Below, one piece after another: positions 9,437-17,961 of a DNA stretch of 64,000 nt. Made by a program: the position numbers and the translations under genes. Origin of the DNA: Brevinema sp. (lineage in GTDB: Bacteria; Spirochaetota; Brevinematia; Brevinematales; Brevinemataceae); assembly GCA_051649245.1 (NCBI GenBank), contig JBOFGS010000012.1, forward strand, positions 104,510 to 168,509, read 5' to 3'. The notes under the pieces were generated by a model, which ran no database searches, was not told the DNA's origin, and saw nothing but the letters and a program-made list of their open reading frames with translations. The stretch's first letter is position 1. Every line of letters starts with the position of its first letter.

Positions 9437-9799
9437 CTGTATACTTATTTTTTGAATCACTTTATCAATAGAATCATCAATTATTTAGATCATATTTCTT
9501 TTTTATATATAAAGATGAAGTATTCTTCTTTGAATTATCTATACCTTATCTTGCTCGAAAGGAAGTAGACTTTTCATTTAATTATTCTCATAGAAGTTAT
9601 TAATTTTTGAAGATAGATTTTCACTTTTTGAAATTGTAGGGGGATGATTTATTTTTTATATGGTGCTTTTTTTTTATGATATAGCCAACCATAATCATTT
9701 AATGATAATATATATATACTTTTTTGGGGTGTGATTTTTTATGATACCGTAAAATAATAATTATTATATCGATAAATCAGCATATTTAATAGATAATCA

Positions 9800-9902
9800 A
9801 AACAAAAAAATCCATTACCAAAGTAGCGTTTTGGCAATGGATTTAAAAGGAGATAAAAGTACTATTCGTTAAGCATAACAGCATTTTATTGATAATTTAT
9901 TA
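9800..9902 (-). ncRNA. Candidate small RNA (about 100 nt) defined by a promoter and an orphan terminator
   Basis: It runs from about 7 nt downstream of the minus-strand -10 box (9914..9909) to the T-tail of the terminator at 9808-9844. It contains AUCUCCUUUU just 5' of the terminator stem. There is no SD-preceded ORF. Confidence 0.35.
9808..9844 (-). terminator. Strong rho-independent terminator with no upstream protein gene
   Basis: Minus strand reads AAATCCATTGCCAAA-acgctac-TTTGGTAATGGATTT (15-bp stem with one G-U pair) followed by TTTTTTTGTTTT. On the plus strand the same position is an A-C mismatch and no T-tail follows. Confidence 0.7.
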
Positions 9903-9908
9903 TAAATA

Positions 9909-9938
9909 ATTATAAATTATTTATAATTTGGCAATCAA
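9909..9938 (-). promoter_or_regulatory. Sigma70-like promoter on the minus strand (TTGATT-18-TATAAT)
   Basis: TTGATT is at 9938..9933 and TATAAT at 9914..9909. It points toward the orphan terminator. Confidence 0.4.
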
Positions 9939-10039
9939 ATATAACATCATTGTTTTTATTTTTGATATTATTTTTTATTTGATATTAAATTAAAAATAAT
10001 ATTTCCTACTTTTCATGATCATTAATAATAAATTTATGC

Positions 10040-10068
10040 TTGAAAATTTTTGTGAAGAGATATATAAT
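10040..10068 (+). promoter_or_regulatory. Sigma70-like promoter for the ROK kinase gene (TTGAAA-17-TATAAT)
   Basis: TTGAAA is at 10040-10045 and TATAAT at 10063-10068. AAGGAG at 10086-10091 lies 6 nt before the ATG. Confidence 0.6.
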
Positions 10069-10097
10069 TTATTATGTTTATTGACAAGGAGCGATGA

Positions 10098-10997
10098 ATG
10101 AATTTTCTTGGTATCGATCTTGGAGGCACAACAGTTAAATATGGACTTGTTGATTTATCTGGAAATGTTTCCCAAAAAAATGATTTCCCTACAACATCTA
10201 GTAATGCAGATGAATTATTAGATAAGATTTCTCAAATAATTCTTTTATTTAAAGAAAAATACGCTATTAAAGGAGTCGGTATTTCGTGTCCTGGTGTTAT
10301 TGATCCTTATGAAGGTTCTGTTCAGTGGTCTGGTACAACTATGCCTGAAGGATGGTGTACTGCAAAAATTAAAAAATATTTACAAGATAAGACAAGTATG
10401 ACTATAAGTGTTGATAATGATGTCAATTGTGCTGCACTTGGTGAAAAGTGGGTTGGGGCTGCAATAAATTATCATACTTTTATTTGTATTGCTATTGGAA
10501 CAGGGATTGGATCTGGTATTATTATTAATGATCAACTCTATTATGGTGCTGGATATCAAGCCGGTGAGATTGGATATATTCATGCGAACCAAGGATGTTC
10601 TTATTTTTGGGAAAAAGAAGCTTCTACTTTAAATTTTGTCAAACGAGTAAAAGAAATTATTGCTCTTGATGATCCAGACCAAGAGATGTCAGAACAAATT
10701 AATGGTGAGTGGATTTTTGAGCAAGCACAGAAAGATAAAAAAATTGCTCATATCGTAGATCAATGGCTTGATTCTTTAGCTAAAGGGATTGCTGATGCTG
10801 TTTGTATTTTAAATCCCCAAGCAGTAATTTTAGGTGGTGGGATTTCAGGACAAGGTCAATATTTTATTGATCTTATTAAACCAAAAGTTTTTTCGTATCT
10901 CCCTACAGGTTTTAAGGTAGCCCTTGAAATTGCAAAAGCAGGAAATGATGCTGCAAAAATTGGTGCTGTGAAAAAATTAATGGATGAATTAGCATAA
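10098..10997 (+). CDS. ROK-family sugar kinase (glucokinase-like, no HTH domain)
   Basis: Contains GIDLGGTTVKYGLVD (the ATP-binding DxGxT motif). The 299-aa length fits a kinase rather than a repressor. Strong SD. Confidence 0.8.
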   Translation: MNFLGIDLGGTTVKYGLVDLSGNVSQKNDFPTTSSNADELLDKISQIILLFKEKYAIKGVGISCPGVIDPYEGSVQWSGTTMPEGWCTAKIKKYLQDKTSMTISVDNDVNCAALGEKWVGAAINYHTFICIAIGTGIGSGIIINDQLYYGAGYQAGEIGYIHANQGCSYFWEKEASTLNFVKRVKEIIALDDPDQEMSEQINGEWIFEQAQKDKKIAHIVDQWLDSLAKGIADAVCILNPQAVILGGGISGQGQYFIDLIKPKVFSYLPTGFKVALEIAKAGNDAAKIGAVKKLMDELA

Positions 10998-11000
10998 CAA

Positions 11001-11026
11001 ATATCCTCCCAAATTTGGGAGGGTAT
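11001..11026. terminator. Hairpin between convergent genes
   Basis: ATATCCTCCC-aaattt-GGGAGGGTAT. The T-tails are weak on both sides. Confidence 0.45.
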
Positions 11027-11039
11027 TTAATAATACGGC

Positions 11040-11846
11040 TTAATGATCGCTATATTCGATCTGATCTTGATTGCTTGAAGATGCAAATAATAAATACACC
11101 GTGTGTGCAACCATTCTATCATAAGGTCTTGTACGACCTGGTGATACTCTAATACCACGTTCAAACATTTCTTTGGCACGAATGCGTGTGAATCCATATT
11201 TTGGTAATTCACGCATAATATCTGCCATTTGTTCTACGCAAGGAACAATGAGAGCAATTTGTCCCCCATCTTTCAGCACATTTTTAGCAGCATGAAGCAA
11301 AGGGATAGCATCAGGGACATCAATATAGATTGTATCCACTTTTTCATCCAACCCAAATCCTGTCTCATGAACATCTTCTTTAAGAATAAATTCAGCATTT
11401 TGGAAACGTGCGAGTTTTTGAAAATTTTTAATAGCAATACGTTGATGTTCCGGACGACGTTCAAAACTATAAATACGGCCAGTTTCTCCCAGTATACTTG
11501 AAACAGCTATCGCAAATGAAGCTGATCCTGTCCCAATTTCTACGACTTTTGCACCGGAAAAAATATCTGTTTCTAAGATGACAGCTCCAATATCTTTTGG
11601 ATAGGATATTGTCGTTGCACGTTTTACCTTCATGACACGATCTGCAAGTGTCGGATGTAGTATGGTAAATTGTTCTGTCTCATTATGGTTTTGTATGATA
11701 TCTCCCCAATGTTGAATTTCACTAAAACGAATTTCACCTTTGTTCGTTGATAATGTTCCATTTGGAGTAAAAGGAATCATAAATGAAATTTTATGATGAG
11801 AAAGATATATTAATTCACCTGCTTGTATTTGTTCTTTATTATTCAT
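11040..11846 (-). CDS. trmI: tRNA (adenine-N1)-methyltransferase, TrmI/GCD14 family
   Basis: SAM-binding segment AKVVEIGTGSASFAIAVSSILGETGRIYSFERRPEH plus an N-terminal beta domain. Overlaps the xseA stop by 8 nt. Confidence 0.7.
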   Translation of the reverse strand: MNNKEQIQAGELIYLSHHKISFMIPFTPNGTLSTNKGEIRFSEIQHWGDIIQNHNETEQFTILHPTLADRVMKVKRATTISYPKDIGAVILETDIFSGAKVVEIGTGSASFAIAVSSILGETGRIYSFERRPEHQRIAIKNFQKLARFQNAEFILKEDVHETGFGLDEKVDTIYIDVPDAIPLLHAAKNVLKDGGQIALIVPCVEQMADIMRELPKYGFTRIRAKEMFERGIRVSPGRTRPYDRMVAHTVYLLFASSSNQDQIEYSDH

Positions 11847-12966
11847 TAGTATGATCCTTGAGGGTAGTTATTGTTGCTGTAATTTTTTTATTCTTCGTGA
11901 TTATTCTAAGCTCCCCACCAACAGTTAAATGACTATCAGACTCAATGATTGCATAACCTTTTTTCAAAATATGCACAGGGTTGTTGGATTCAAGTTGGAG
12001 CTTTAAAAAATTTAATTGATCATATTGTTTGTCAATAATATTATTGAAGTGAGATAATAAATATTCTTGTTTTGTCCATAACCAGTTTTGTTCATTGTTA
12101 ATTGTATCTTCAATAACTTGATCAATATCGCTTTTGATATAAGAGAGTTCTTTTAATAATTCTTTTTTGTCAGGTAATAAGATCATTGCTGCACCTGTTG
12201 GTGTTGGTGCTGATATATCCGCAACATAATCAATCAATGTTTTATCAATTTCATGTCCTACAGCTGAAATAATAGGAATTTCAGCTTTGGCAACAAGACG
12301 AACAAGGTGTTCATCATTAAATGCATGAAGATCTTCTTCGCTTCCACCACCACGTCCAATAATAATAGCATCTAATTGATAGCTTAATGCAAGAGATAAA
12401 GCGTTAAAAAGTGATTCCGGAGCCTGAGTCCCTTGAACTAAACAGGGAAAAACAGAAATTCGAACCAAAGGAAAACGATCTTTTGCAACTCTGATGATAT
12501 CTTGCAAAGCAGCTCCATCAGCTGATGTAACAACTCCGATATGTTCCGGCAATAGAGGGAGTGTTTTTTTTCGTCCATGATCAAACAATCCTTCTTCGTA
12601 TAATTTTTGTTTTAATTCTTCCAATTTAGTACGAAAAATACCCACACCCAGTTTCATCATTTCATCAGCAAAAAAATTGACTTGCCCTGTTTTGGTGTAA
12701 AAACTTGGTTGAGCAAAAATCATGACTTCATCACCGTCTTGAAGATGTTCTAATAATTTTGCAGCGTTTGAGGATTGGTGAGTAAGGCAGTCAATTTTTG
12801 ATGACATATCTTTTAAAGAGAATCTGATGTATGCAGAATGTTTTCTTAGTTGAAGATTGGATAATTCACCTTTGATTAAGACAGAACCAAGCTTATCTTT
12901 AATTAAGTCTGAAATAAAAAAAGCAACGGCACTCACGGAGAGTGCCGATTTTTCTAAACCTTTCAT
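11839..12966 (-). CDS. xseA: Exodeoxyribonuclease VII large subunit
   Basis: N-terminal OB-fold segment LSVSAVAFFISDLIKDKLGSVLIKGELSN and GVVTSADGAALQDIIRVAKDRFP are typical of XseA. Confidence 0.85.
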   Translation of the reverse strand: MKGLEKSALSVSAVAFFISDLIKDKLGSVLIKGELSNLQLRKHSAYIRFSLKDMSSKIDCLTHQSSNAAKLLEHLQDGDEVMIFAQPSFYTKTGQVNFFADEMMKLGVGIFRTKLEELKQKLYEEGLFDHGRKKTLPLLPEHIGVVTSADGAALQDIIRVAKDRFPLVRISVFPCLVQGTQAPESLFNALSLALSYQLDAIIIGRGGGSEEDLHAFNDEHLVRLVAKAEIPIISAVGHEIDKTLIDYVADISAPTPTGAAMILLPDKKELLKELSYIKSDIDQVIEDTINNEQNWLWTKQEYLLSHFNNIIDKQYDQLNFLKLQLESNNPVHILKKGYAIIESDSHLTVGGELRIITKNKKITATITTLKDHTNE

Positions 12967-13014
12967 ATCTTAGATATTATATAATCAACAAACAGTTTAT
13001 AAACATGATATAAA

Positions 13015-13218
13015 CTATTTTTTGAGTTGGTAACGATTTTTGAAACGCTCAACCATTCCACCACGTTCTGTATTACGGCTGGTACCTGTATAAAAAGAAT
13101 GGCATTTTGAACATACCTCAACAACCATCGTTTCATTAGTAGTTTTTATTTGAAAAGTTTCACCACAGCTACAGGTGACTTTTGTTTCTTTAAGTTCAGG
13201 ATGGATTCCTTTTTTCAT
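13015..13218 (-). CDS. rpmE: 50S ribosomal protein L31 (Cys-containing type A)
   Basis: MKKGIHPELKETKVTCSCGETFQIKTT...VCSKCHSFYTG. AAGGAG lies 8 nt before the ATG. Confidence 0.95.
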   Translation of the reverse strand: MKKGIHPELKETKVTCSCGETFQIKTTNETMVVEVCSKCHSFYTGTSRNTERGGMVERFKNRYQLKK

Positions 13219-13247
13219 TGCTTATGCTCCTTGGACTTATTCCTAAT

Positions 13248-13277
13248 ATTATAGTCGATTTCTTTTTATTTTGTCAA
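13248..13277 (-). promoter_or_regulatory. Sigma70-like promoter for rpmE (TTGACA-18-TATAAT)
   Basis: On the minus strand TTGACA is at 13277..13272 and TATAAT at 13253..13248. Confidence 0.55.
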
Positions 13278-13317
13278 TAATTTTGTAAGATATTTTTGTT
13301 TTAATATATGATATTAG

Positions 13318-13346
13318 TTGAATAAAAGATGACCATTTTGTATAAT
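13318..13346 (+). promoter_or_regulatory. Sigma70-like promoter for yqeK (TTGAAT-17-TATAAT)
   Basis: TTGAAT is at 13318-13323 and TATAAT at 13341-13346. GAGGAG precedes the ATG. Confidence 0.55.
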
Positions 13347-13380
13347 ATAATCAAATATCTTATTTTTTGAGGAGAATATC

Positions 13381-14001
13381 ATGTCAAAAATAAAAGATTA
13401 TCAATCAATCCTGATTAAATCACAAGATTATTCTATTCCTATGATATTAGAGTCTCAAAAAATATTATTGTCCGAAAAACGTTTTGCACATGTTACCCGT
13501 GTGAGAGAAAAAGCAAAAGAAATAAGTAAACGAGCTAACATGTCAGCAGAATTAACACAAAAAATAGATCAAGCCGTATTAATGCATGATTTTGCAAAAG
13601 GGATGAGTTCTGATGAGTTGGCTATCTATGCAGAGCTGTATGGTATTAAACTTGAGAATACAGTACCGTCTGTTTATCATGCTATTGTTGGGGCTTGGAT
13701 GATGGAAACATTCTTTATGATTAAAGATCCACAAGTTTTGGATGCTGTTCGCTATCATACAACAGGTCATATTTCGTTTATTGATAATGTCGTAGGTGAA
13801 GTACTTTTTTTGGCTGACTATTTGGAACCTAAACGAACACACACAAATACTCATATTGATCAACTAATTCCCAATAATATGCTAGAGGCACAGTATATGG
13901 TTGTTAAGGAAAAAATTATTTCTGTTGTTGAACGAAATCGTATGTTATCAGAAGAAAGTTTATTGTTTTATCACGCATTAATCAAAGAACTTAAAATATG
14001 A
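13381..14001 (+). CDS. yqeK: HD-domain bis(5'-nucleosyl)-tetraphosphatase, YqeK family
   Basis: RFAHVTRV...LMHDFAKG...YHAIVGAWM...AVRYHTTG gives the HD-domain histidine/aspartate pattern typical of YqeK. Confidence 0.7.
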   Translation: MSKIKDYQSILIKSQDYSIPMILESQKILLSEKRFAHVTRVREKAKEISKRANMSAELTQKIDQAVLMHDFAKGMSSDELAIYAELYGIKLENTVPSVYHAIVGAWMMETFFMIKDPQVLDAVRYHTTGHISFIDNVVGEVLFLADYLEPKRTHTNTHIDQLIPNNMLEAQYMVVKEKIISVVERNRMLSEESLLFYHALIKELKI

Positions 14002-14006
14002 TATAT

Positions 14007-14041
14007 TAAAAGAGTCTGTTAATTTTCAATGGACTCTTTTA
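14007..14041. terminator. Hairpin between convergent yqeK and a lipoprotein gene
   Basis: TAAAAGAGTC-15 nt loop-GACTCTTTTA. The minus-strand stop codon lies in the loop. Confidence 0.45.
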
Positions 14042-14504
14042 ATTCAATATACCAAGTCATTTCTTTAATTAATAAATTTGAATGAGGATGATATAAACGA
14101 ATTTTAATCACACCAGATTTATTACCAATAATAAATTCAAAACTTCCTTGAGCAGGATTACTATTTTCAACATTATAAATAATCTCATCACTTGAAAAAT
14201 AGGGTCTTGCAATTAAATAATTTTCTGTATCAGCCTTAATCATGATTTTTGAACCAGCAGATGTTTCAAGTGTGTTGATAACTGTTTGTAATGTTTGTGT
14301 ACTATTTGAAATAAGAACACCCTTACTGTTGGTAGGAGTTACAGTATTTTTTTTTGTTTTATTTTCTACAGCAACAAGACCTGCTTCAATCAATATTTCG
14401 TCAGTTGAAATTAGTGGTTTGACAGAGACTTTTTTTATATAAGAAATGAAACTTTGGGTACAAGAGCTAAGACAAATGATTATTATTAATAAAATATATT
14501 TCAT
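14019..14504 (-). CDS. Small lipoprotein, unknown function
   Basis: I chose ATG 14504 (MKYILLIIIICLSSC, lipobox LSSC) with GAGGAA just upstream. The track start at 14543 would add 13 residues. Confidence 0.5.
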   Translation of the reverse strand: MKYILLIIIICLSSCTQSFISYIKKVSVKPLISTDEILIEAGLVAVENKTKKNTVTPTNSKGVLISNSTQTLQTVINTLETSAGSKIMIKADTENYLIARPYFSSDEIIYNVENSNPAQGSFEFIIGNKSGVIKIRLYHPHSNLLIKEMTWYIELKESIEN

Positions 14505-14562
14505 AAATTCCTCATTTCTACGATATTTCATTATCGAGATCATCCATAAAATCTTTAGATAA

Positions 14563-15387
14563 CTATTGAAGATTTAATGCAAGCCATGCAGCTGCAATAT
14601 TTTCATTAAGGCGTAACGCTGATTTAAAAAATCGTGTGTGAAGTGAATCTGTTGACTTTTTTTGGAGAAGAGTGCCAATGCGAAAGTTTGTTTCCGAATT
14701 ATAAGGTTCCAGCTCCCAAGAAAGCAGATAGTATTCAAAAGCTTTTTTGTCATTATTTAGTTGTTGTTGGATTTCACCAAGATAAAAATAACTCAATGAT
14801 TTTAGACGTTCGTTTTCCGTCATTTCGAGTACTTTTTTAAAATTTTTTTCTGACTGTTTTGTATCTTTTATTTTGAGATAAGATACTGCTTGTAAATATA
14901 GCAAATCAGAACTTTTTTGGGATAGTTTACTTTCTTTCAAATGCATTAATAATATTTGGTATTGTTCAAGTTTTAATAAAGAATGAGATTGTATGCTCAA
15001 GCGTAATAATTCTATATGTGGATCTTCAAATTTTTGAGATGGAAGAATTTCAAGAACATTAGCAAATTCCTCTGTTTTTGTTGCAGACATAAAACGAATC
15101 CATGCTCGAGCAAACATGACCCAATTATTCATCTGATATTCTTGAGGTGTAGATAAGAGTGCTTCTAAAATAGGTAAGTATTCTGTATGTCCATTAATGA
15201 CTAATGCTAAAACAGCTTTGAGTTCTCGTGATTTATATTGAGGAGAGTTTTTAGTAGAATTTCGTTTTCGGAGTAATTCATAAGCTTGTTTATATTCTTG
15301 TTTTAAGAATAATTGATCAAATTTCATATTTGTCGTACAAGAAACAAAAACTAAAAATAAACTGATACATAAAAATTGTTTTTTCAT
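14563..15387 (-). CDS. TPR-like helical-repeat lipoprotein, unknown function
   Basis: MKKQFLCISLFLVFVSC has lipobox FVSC. The body has repeated A/Y/L helical-hairpin patterns (AFEYYLLSWELEPYNSE...). Confidence 0.5.
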   Translation of the reverse strand: MKKQFLCISLFLVFVSCTTNMKFDQLFLKQEYKQAYELLRKRNSTKNSPQYKSRELKAVLALVINGHTEYLPILEALLSTPQEYQMNNWVMFARAWIRFMSATKTEEFANVLEILPSQKFEDPHIELLRLSIQSHSLLKLEQYQILLMHLKESKLSQKSSDLLYLQAVSYLKIKDTKQSEKNFKKVLEMTENERLKSLSYFYLGEIQQQLNNDKKAFEYYLLSWELEPYNSETNFRIGTLLQKKSTDSLHTRFFKSALRLNENIAAAWLALNLQ

Positions 15388-15400
15388 GAATTTTCCTTAT

Positions 15401-16393
15401 TTATTGATATTTCCAGATAAAAATACTAAATGGCCAAACTAAAAATTCCATATTATTTTTTTCACTAATTAATAATGATGACCCATGAAGACTTTTTATG
15501 ATTTTTTTATCTTCAATAAGCGTGTTATTCATTGTTTTGTATGTTAATTGATTATTGAGGTGGATATTCATGAGATAATTTTGAGAATAAAGCATCATAT
15601 GATCATGATCAAGATAATATATTTTAAATAATTTATTATATTTGTGTAAGAGAATAATAAGATCAAGAATATAACGATGTGACAATAAATCATAGTTAAT
15701 AAAAATTGATTCTTGTTGGCTCAATAACCAAAAAATAACTCCAATCGTTACACCTGAGATATTTGGATCACTAATGAAATGAATTGTTGTTGGAGTTTTT
15801 TTTAAAAGCTTATTTAGAGAAATATCTTTATTGTTGAAAATATTTTTGAGATCATAGTAGTATGCTGACGTGATATTTTTATCTGTACCATTGACAAAAA
15901 TAGTGTTAGGAATTTCTTTTTTGATTCGCTGAGTAAGATTTTTTCTTTGTTTTTCAGGTACTAAAGATAAATCAATTTTTAATCCAAACTTATTTGTTTG
16001 TGAAATTAATAGCAAACGATTGATCAGTAATTTGATTTCATTTTTATTTTGAAAATCAGGAATAAATTTTCCTGAAGATGTTTTTTGACTGAAAAAAATA
16101 GAAGTATTCATCTCTAAAGGATCAATGTCAAAATAAATATTATTTTGTTTTTTTTGAGCTTCTGTTCTTAATATCTCAAGCGTTTGACGATGGTAGTTTG
16201 TAAGAATATCTGAAACTTTTGATGAGCTTTGTGTTTTTTGGTAAGGATGTGATATAATAAACGTGGTGTTAGATAAAGCCTTATCATGTACAGATTGGAT
16301 AATCTGATCGTATGATAAGCCATCAAAATTAATATACAAGTCAGCAAATGAAAGTGTAGGAATAAATAATAATATCATATACATTTTTTTCAT
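15401..16393 (-). CDS. Exported protein, unknown function
   Basis: The internal ATG at 16393 gives a classical signal peptide, MKKMYMILLFIPTLSFA-DL. Neither this ATG nor the track start at 16471 has a clear SD, so the start is uncertain. Confidence 0.45.
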   Translation of the reverse strand: MKKMYMILLFIPTLSFADLYINFDGLSYDQIIQSVHDKALSNTTFIISHPYQKTQSSSKVSDILTNYHRQTLEILRTEAQKKQNNIYFDIDPLEMNTSIFFSQKTSSGKFIPDFQNKNEIKLLINRLLLISQTNKFGLKIDLSLVPEKQRKNLTQRIKKEIPNTIFVNGTDKNITSAYYYDLKNIFNNKDISLNKLLKKTPTTIHFISDPNISGVTIGVIFWLLSQQESIFINYDLLSHRYILDLIILLHKYNKLFKIYYLDHDHMMLYSQNYLMNIHLNNQLTYKTMNNTLIEDKKIIKSLHGSSLLISEKNNMEFLVWPFSIFIWKYQ

Positions 16394-16479
16394 GATATTA
16401 TTATGACATAATTTTAAAAAAAAATAAAATAAATCCCCCAGACGGATACTGAGGGATTTATTGATTGACATTTCATATG

Positions 16480-16902
16480 TTAGCCGAAAATTTTTCCGAT
16501 TCTTTCTAGTACTTTTTCCCGATCAAGAGGCTTTACAATATAGCCTTTCGCACCAAGTTTAATAGCTGTTTTAACAGTGTCAGCAGTTCCCAAAGCAGTA
16601 ACCATAATAACATTGACATCAGGAGTGATTTCTGTAAGTTTTTTTAATGTTGTTAATCCATCCATTTCTGGCATTGTAATATCCAGTGTAATAAGATGAA
16701 TTTGATCCTTTAGATCTTTATATTTTTTGATAGCTTCTGCACCATTAAGTGCTGTATCGATAATATTAAATTGTCTGGAACCAAGAATTTGTGAAAGTTG
16801 TTTAATGATAAATTGTGAATCATCAACACACATCACATTAATTTGTTGACCAGAAGGAGTCATTCCTATAGGAAACCCATCTTCATGAAATTGTATCTTC
16901 AT
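16480..16902 (-). CDS. cheY: Chemotaxis response regulator CheY with a ~20-aa N-terminal extension
   Basis: Receiver-domain residues are VDDS, LDITMPEMDG, VTALG and KPL. AAGGG lies 6 nt before the ATG. Confidence 0.9.
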   Translation of the reverse strand: MKIQFHEDGFPIGMTPSGQQINVMCVDDSQFIIKQLSQILGSRQFNIIDTALNGAEAIKKYKDLKDQIHLITLDITMPEMDGLTTLKKLTEITPDVNVIMVTALGTADTVKTAIKLGAKGYIVKPLDREKVLERIGKIFG

Positions 16903-16931
16903 AGTTATCCCTTTTATCTTTAGTTTTTATT

Positions 16932-17393
16932 TTATTGTTTAAATGCGATATTGATAAAGAGCATTCCATATCCGGTATCGATAGGAATTACAAGTGCTTC
17001 AACACCTTCGGTATTAACAACAGAAATTTTATCACCCATAATGAGTGTTGGAGCACTAAAGTTGAATGCAAGATTTTCAGATGCAAGTTTTGTCACAGCA
17101 CGACCTGTAATCATGTTACCTATTTCTGAAACGGTACTGCAAACTAATTCGTTTAAAGAATCAAATGTATCATCATTAAGTTTTTCAGACAGTTTTACAG
17201 CTGTAGCTTCTTCCATTCCAAAAATAATCCTTCCTGCAACATTTCCTGTTACCCCGATAATAATCGAGATATCATACATATTTTCCCCAACCTTTTTAAG
17301 GTGTAATTGTCCACGCTTAACAGGTGAATGAAGAATCTCACTCATAATCTCAAATGTTGCTTCAACAAATGGATTAATATAATTAACCAGCAT
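16932..17393 (-). CDS. cheX: CheY-P phosphatase CheX (CheC/CheX family)
   Basis: YINPFVEATFEIMSEIL at the N-terminus and a single ExxN site (SEIGNMITG), about 153 aa. I chose the ATG at 17393, which is 4 nt after GGGAGGA. Its position between cheW and cheY matches the spirochaete arrangement. Confidence 0.75.
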   Translation of the reverse strand: MLVNYINPFVEATFEIMSEILHSPVKRGQLHLKKVGENMYDISIIIGVTGNVAGRIIFGMEEATAVKLSEKLNDDTFDSLNELVCSTVSEIGNMITGRAVTKLASENLAFNFSAPTLIMGDKISVVNTEGVEALVIPIDTGYGMLFINIAFKQ

Positions 17394-17445
17394 TAATCCT
17401 CCCATTTCTTTTTAAAATATATTTTTAAGATTTCCTATTCATTAT

Positions 17446-17961
17446 TTATAAATAAGAGATCCTATGTTTCTTTAGTATTTCCATCATTTTTAAAATATCA
17501 AGCATTAAGATATTTTGATTTTCTTCTGTAATAATTCCTGAAAATATAGAATCAGCAGACCATTTTTCTAGATAATTACTGTTGCTATAATTACTTTTTG
17601 TGGCTCTGATATTTTTTTGAATTTGATCTACAGATAATGCAAAAAAATGAGATTCAATCTTTAAAGTAATAAAATAATTATCTTCATTTGCTGGAATATA
17701 CGAATAATTTGAAAGAGTTAACGATTCATCAGCTGTGATACTTAAAATTTTTTTTAGTGAATAAACAGGGGTAATTTCACCACGAATATTTGTCACTCCA
17801 AGCATAAGAGGATTGGAATTTGGGATACAATAGATAGGTTTACTCATGACAATATCTTTAATGAACATAATATTGACGGCATATAGTTGAGAATCAAGAG
17901 AAAAAGTGACAGCGTAAAATAATTCTTCTTGAGTATGATGATCTATTACTAATTCACTCAT
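17446..17961 (-). CDS. cheW: Chemotaxis coupling protein CheW
   Basis: Size and pattern fit a CheW-like domain (FSLDSQLYAVNIMFIKDIV...GVTNIRGEITPVYSLKK). Overlaps the cheA stop by 4 nt. Confidence 0.85.
   Translation of the reverse strand: MSELVIDHHTQEELFYAVTFSLDSQLYAVNIMFIKDIVMSKPIYCIPNSNPLMLGVTNIRGEITPVYSLKKILSITADESLTLSNYSYIPANEDNYFITLKIESHFFALSVDQIQKNIRATKSNYSNSNYLEKWSADSIFSGIITEENQNILMLDILKMMEILKKHRISYL

Noticed and set aside
9637-9749. Two similar G-rich boxes (TAGGGGGATGATTTATTTTTTATATGG and TTGGGGTGTGATTTTTTATGATACC). Each abuts a mini-ORF, MIYFLYGAFFL* and (V)IFYDTVK*.
   Set aside because: The GGGG run lies only 0-2 nt from the putative start codon, too close for a functional SD. 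The peptides are not similar beyond two residues. The similarity between the boxes is modest.
9901-9925. AT-only palindrome TATAAATAATT-ata-AATTATTTATA, and a similar 24-nt perfect palindrome TATAATAAATTATAATTTATTATA at 61803-61826 between the TPR gene and ligA. Considered as possible operator sites.
   Set aside because: In stretches made only of A and T the chance of complementarity is about 1/2 per position. Arms of 11-12 nt are therefore expected about once in the several kb of such spacer DNA here. The two half-sites are similar but not identical. I cannot support them as regulatory sites, although both overlap -10-like hexamers.
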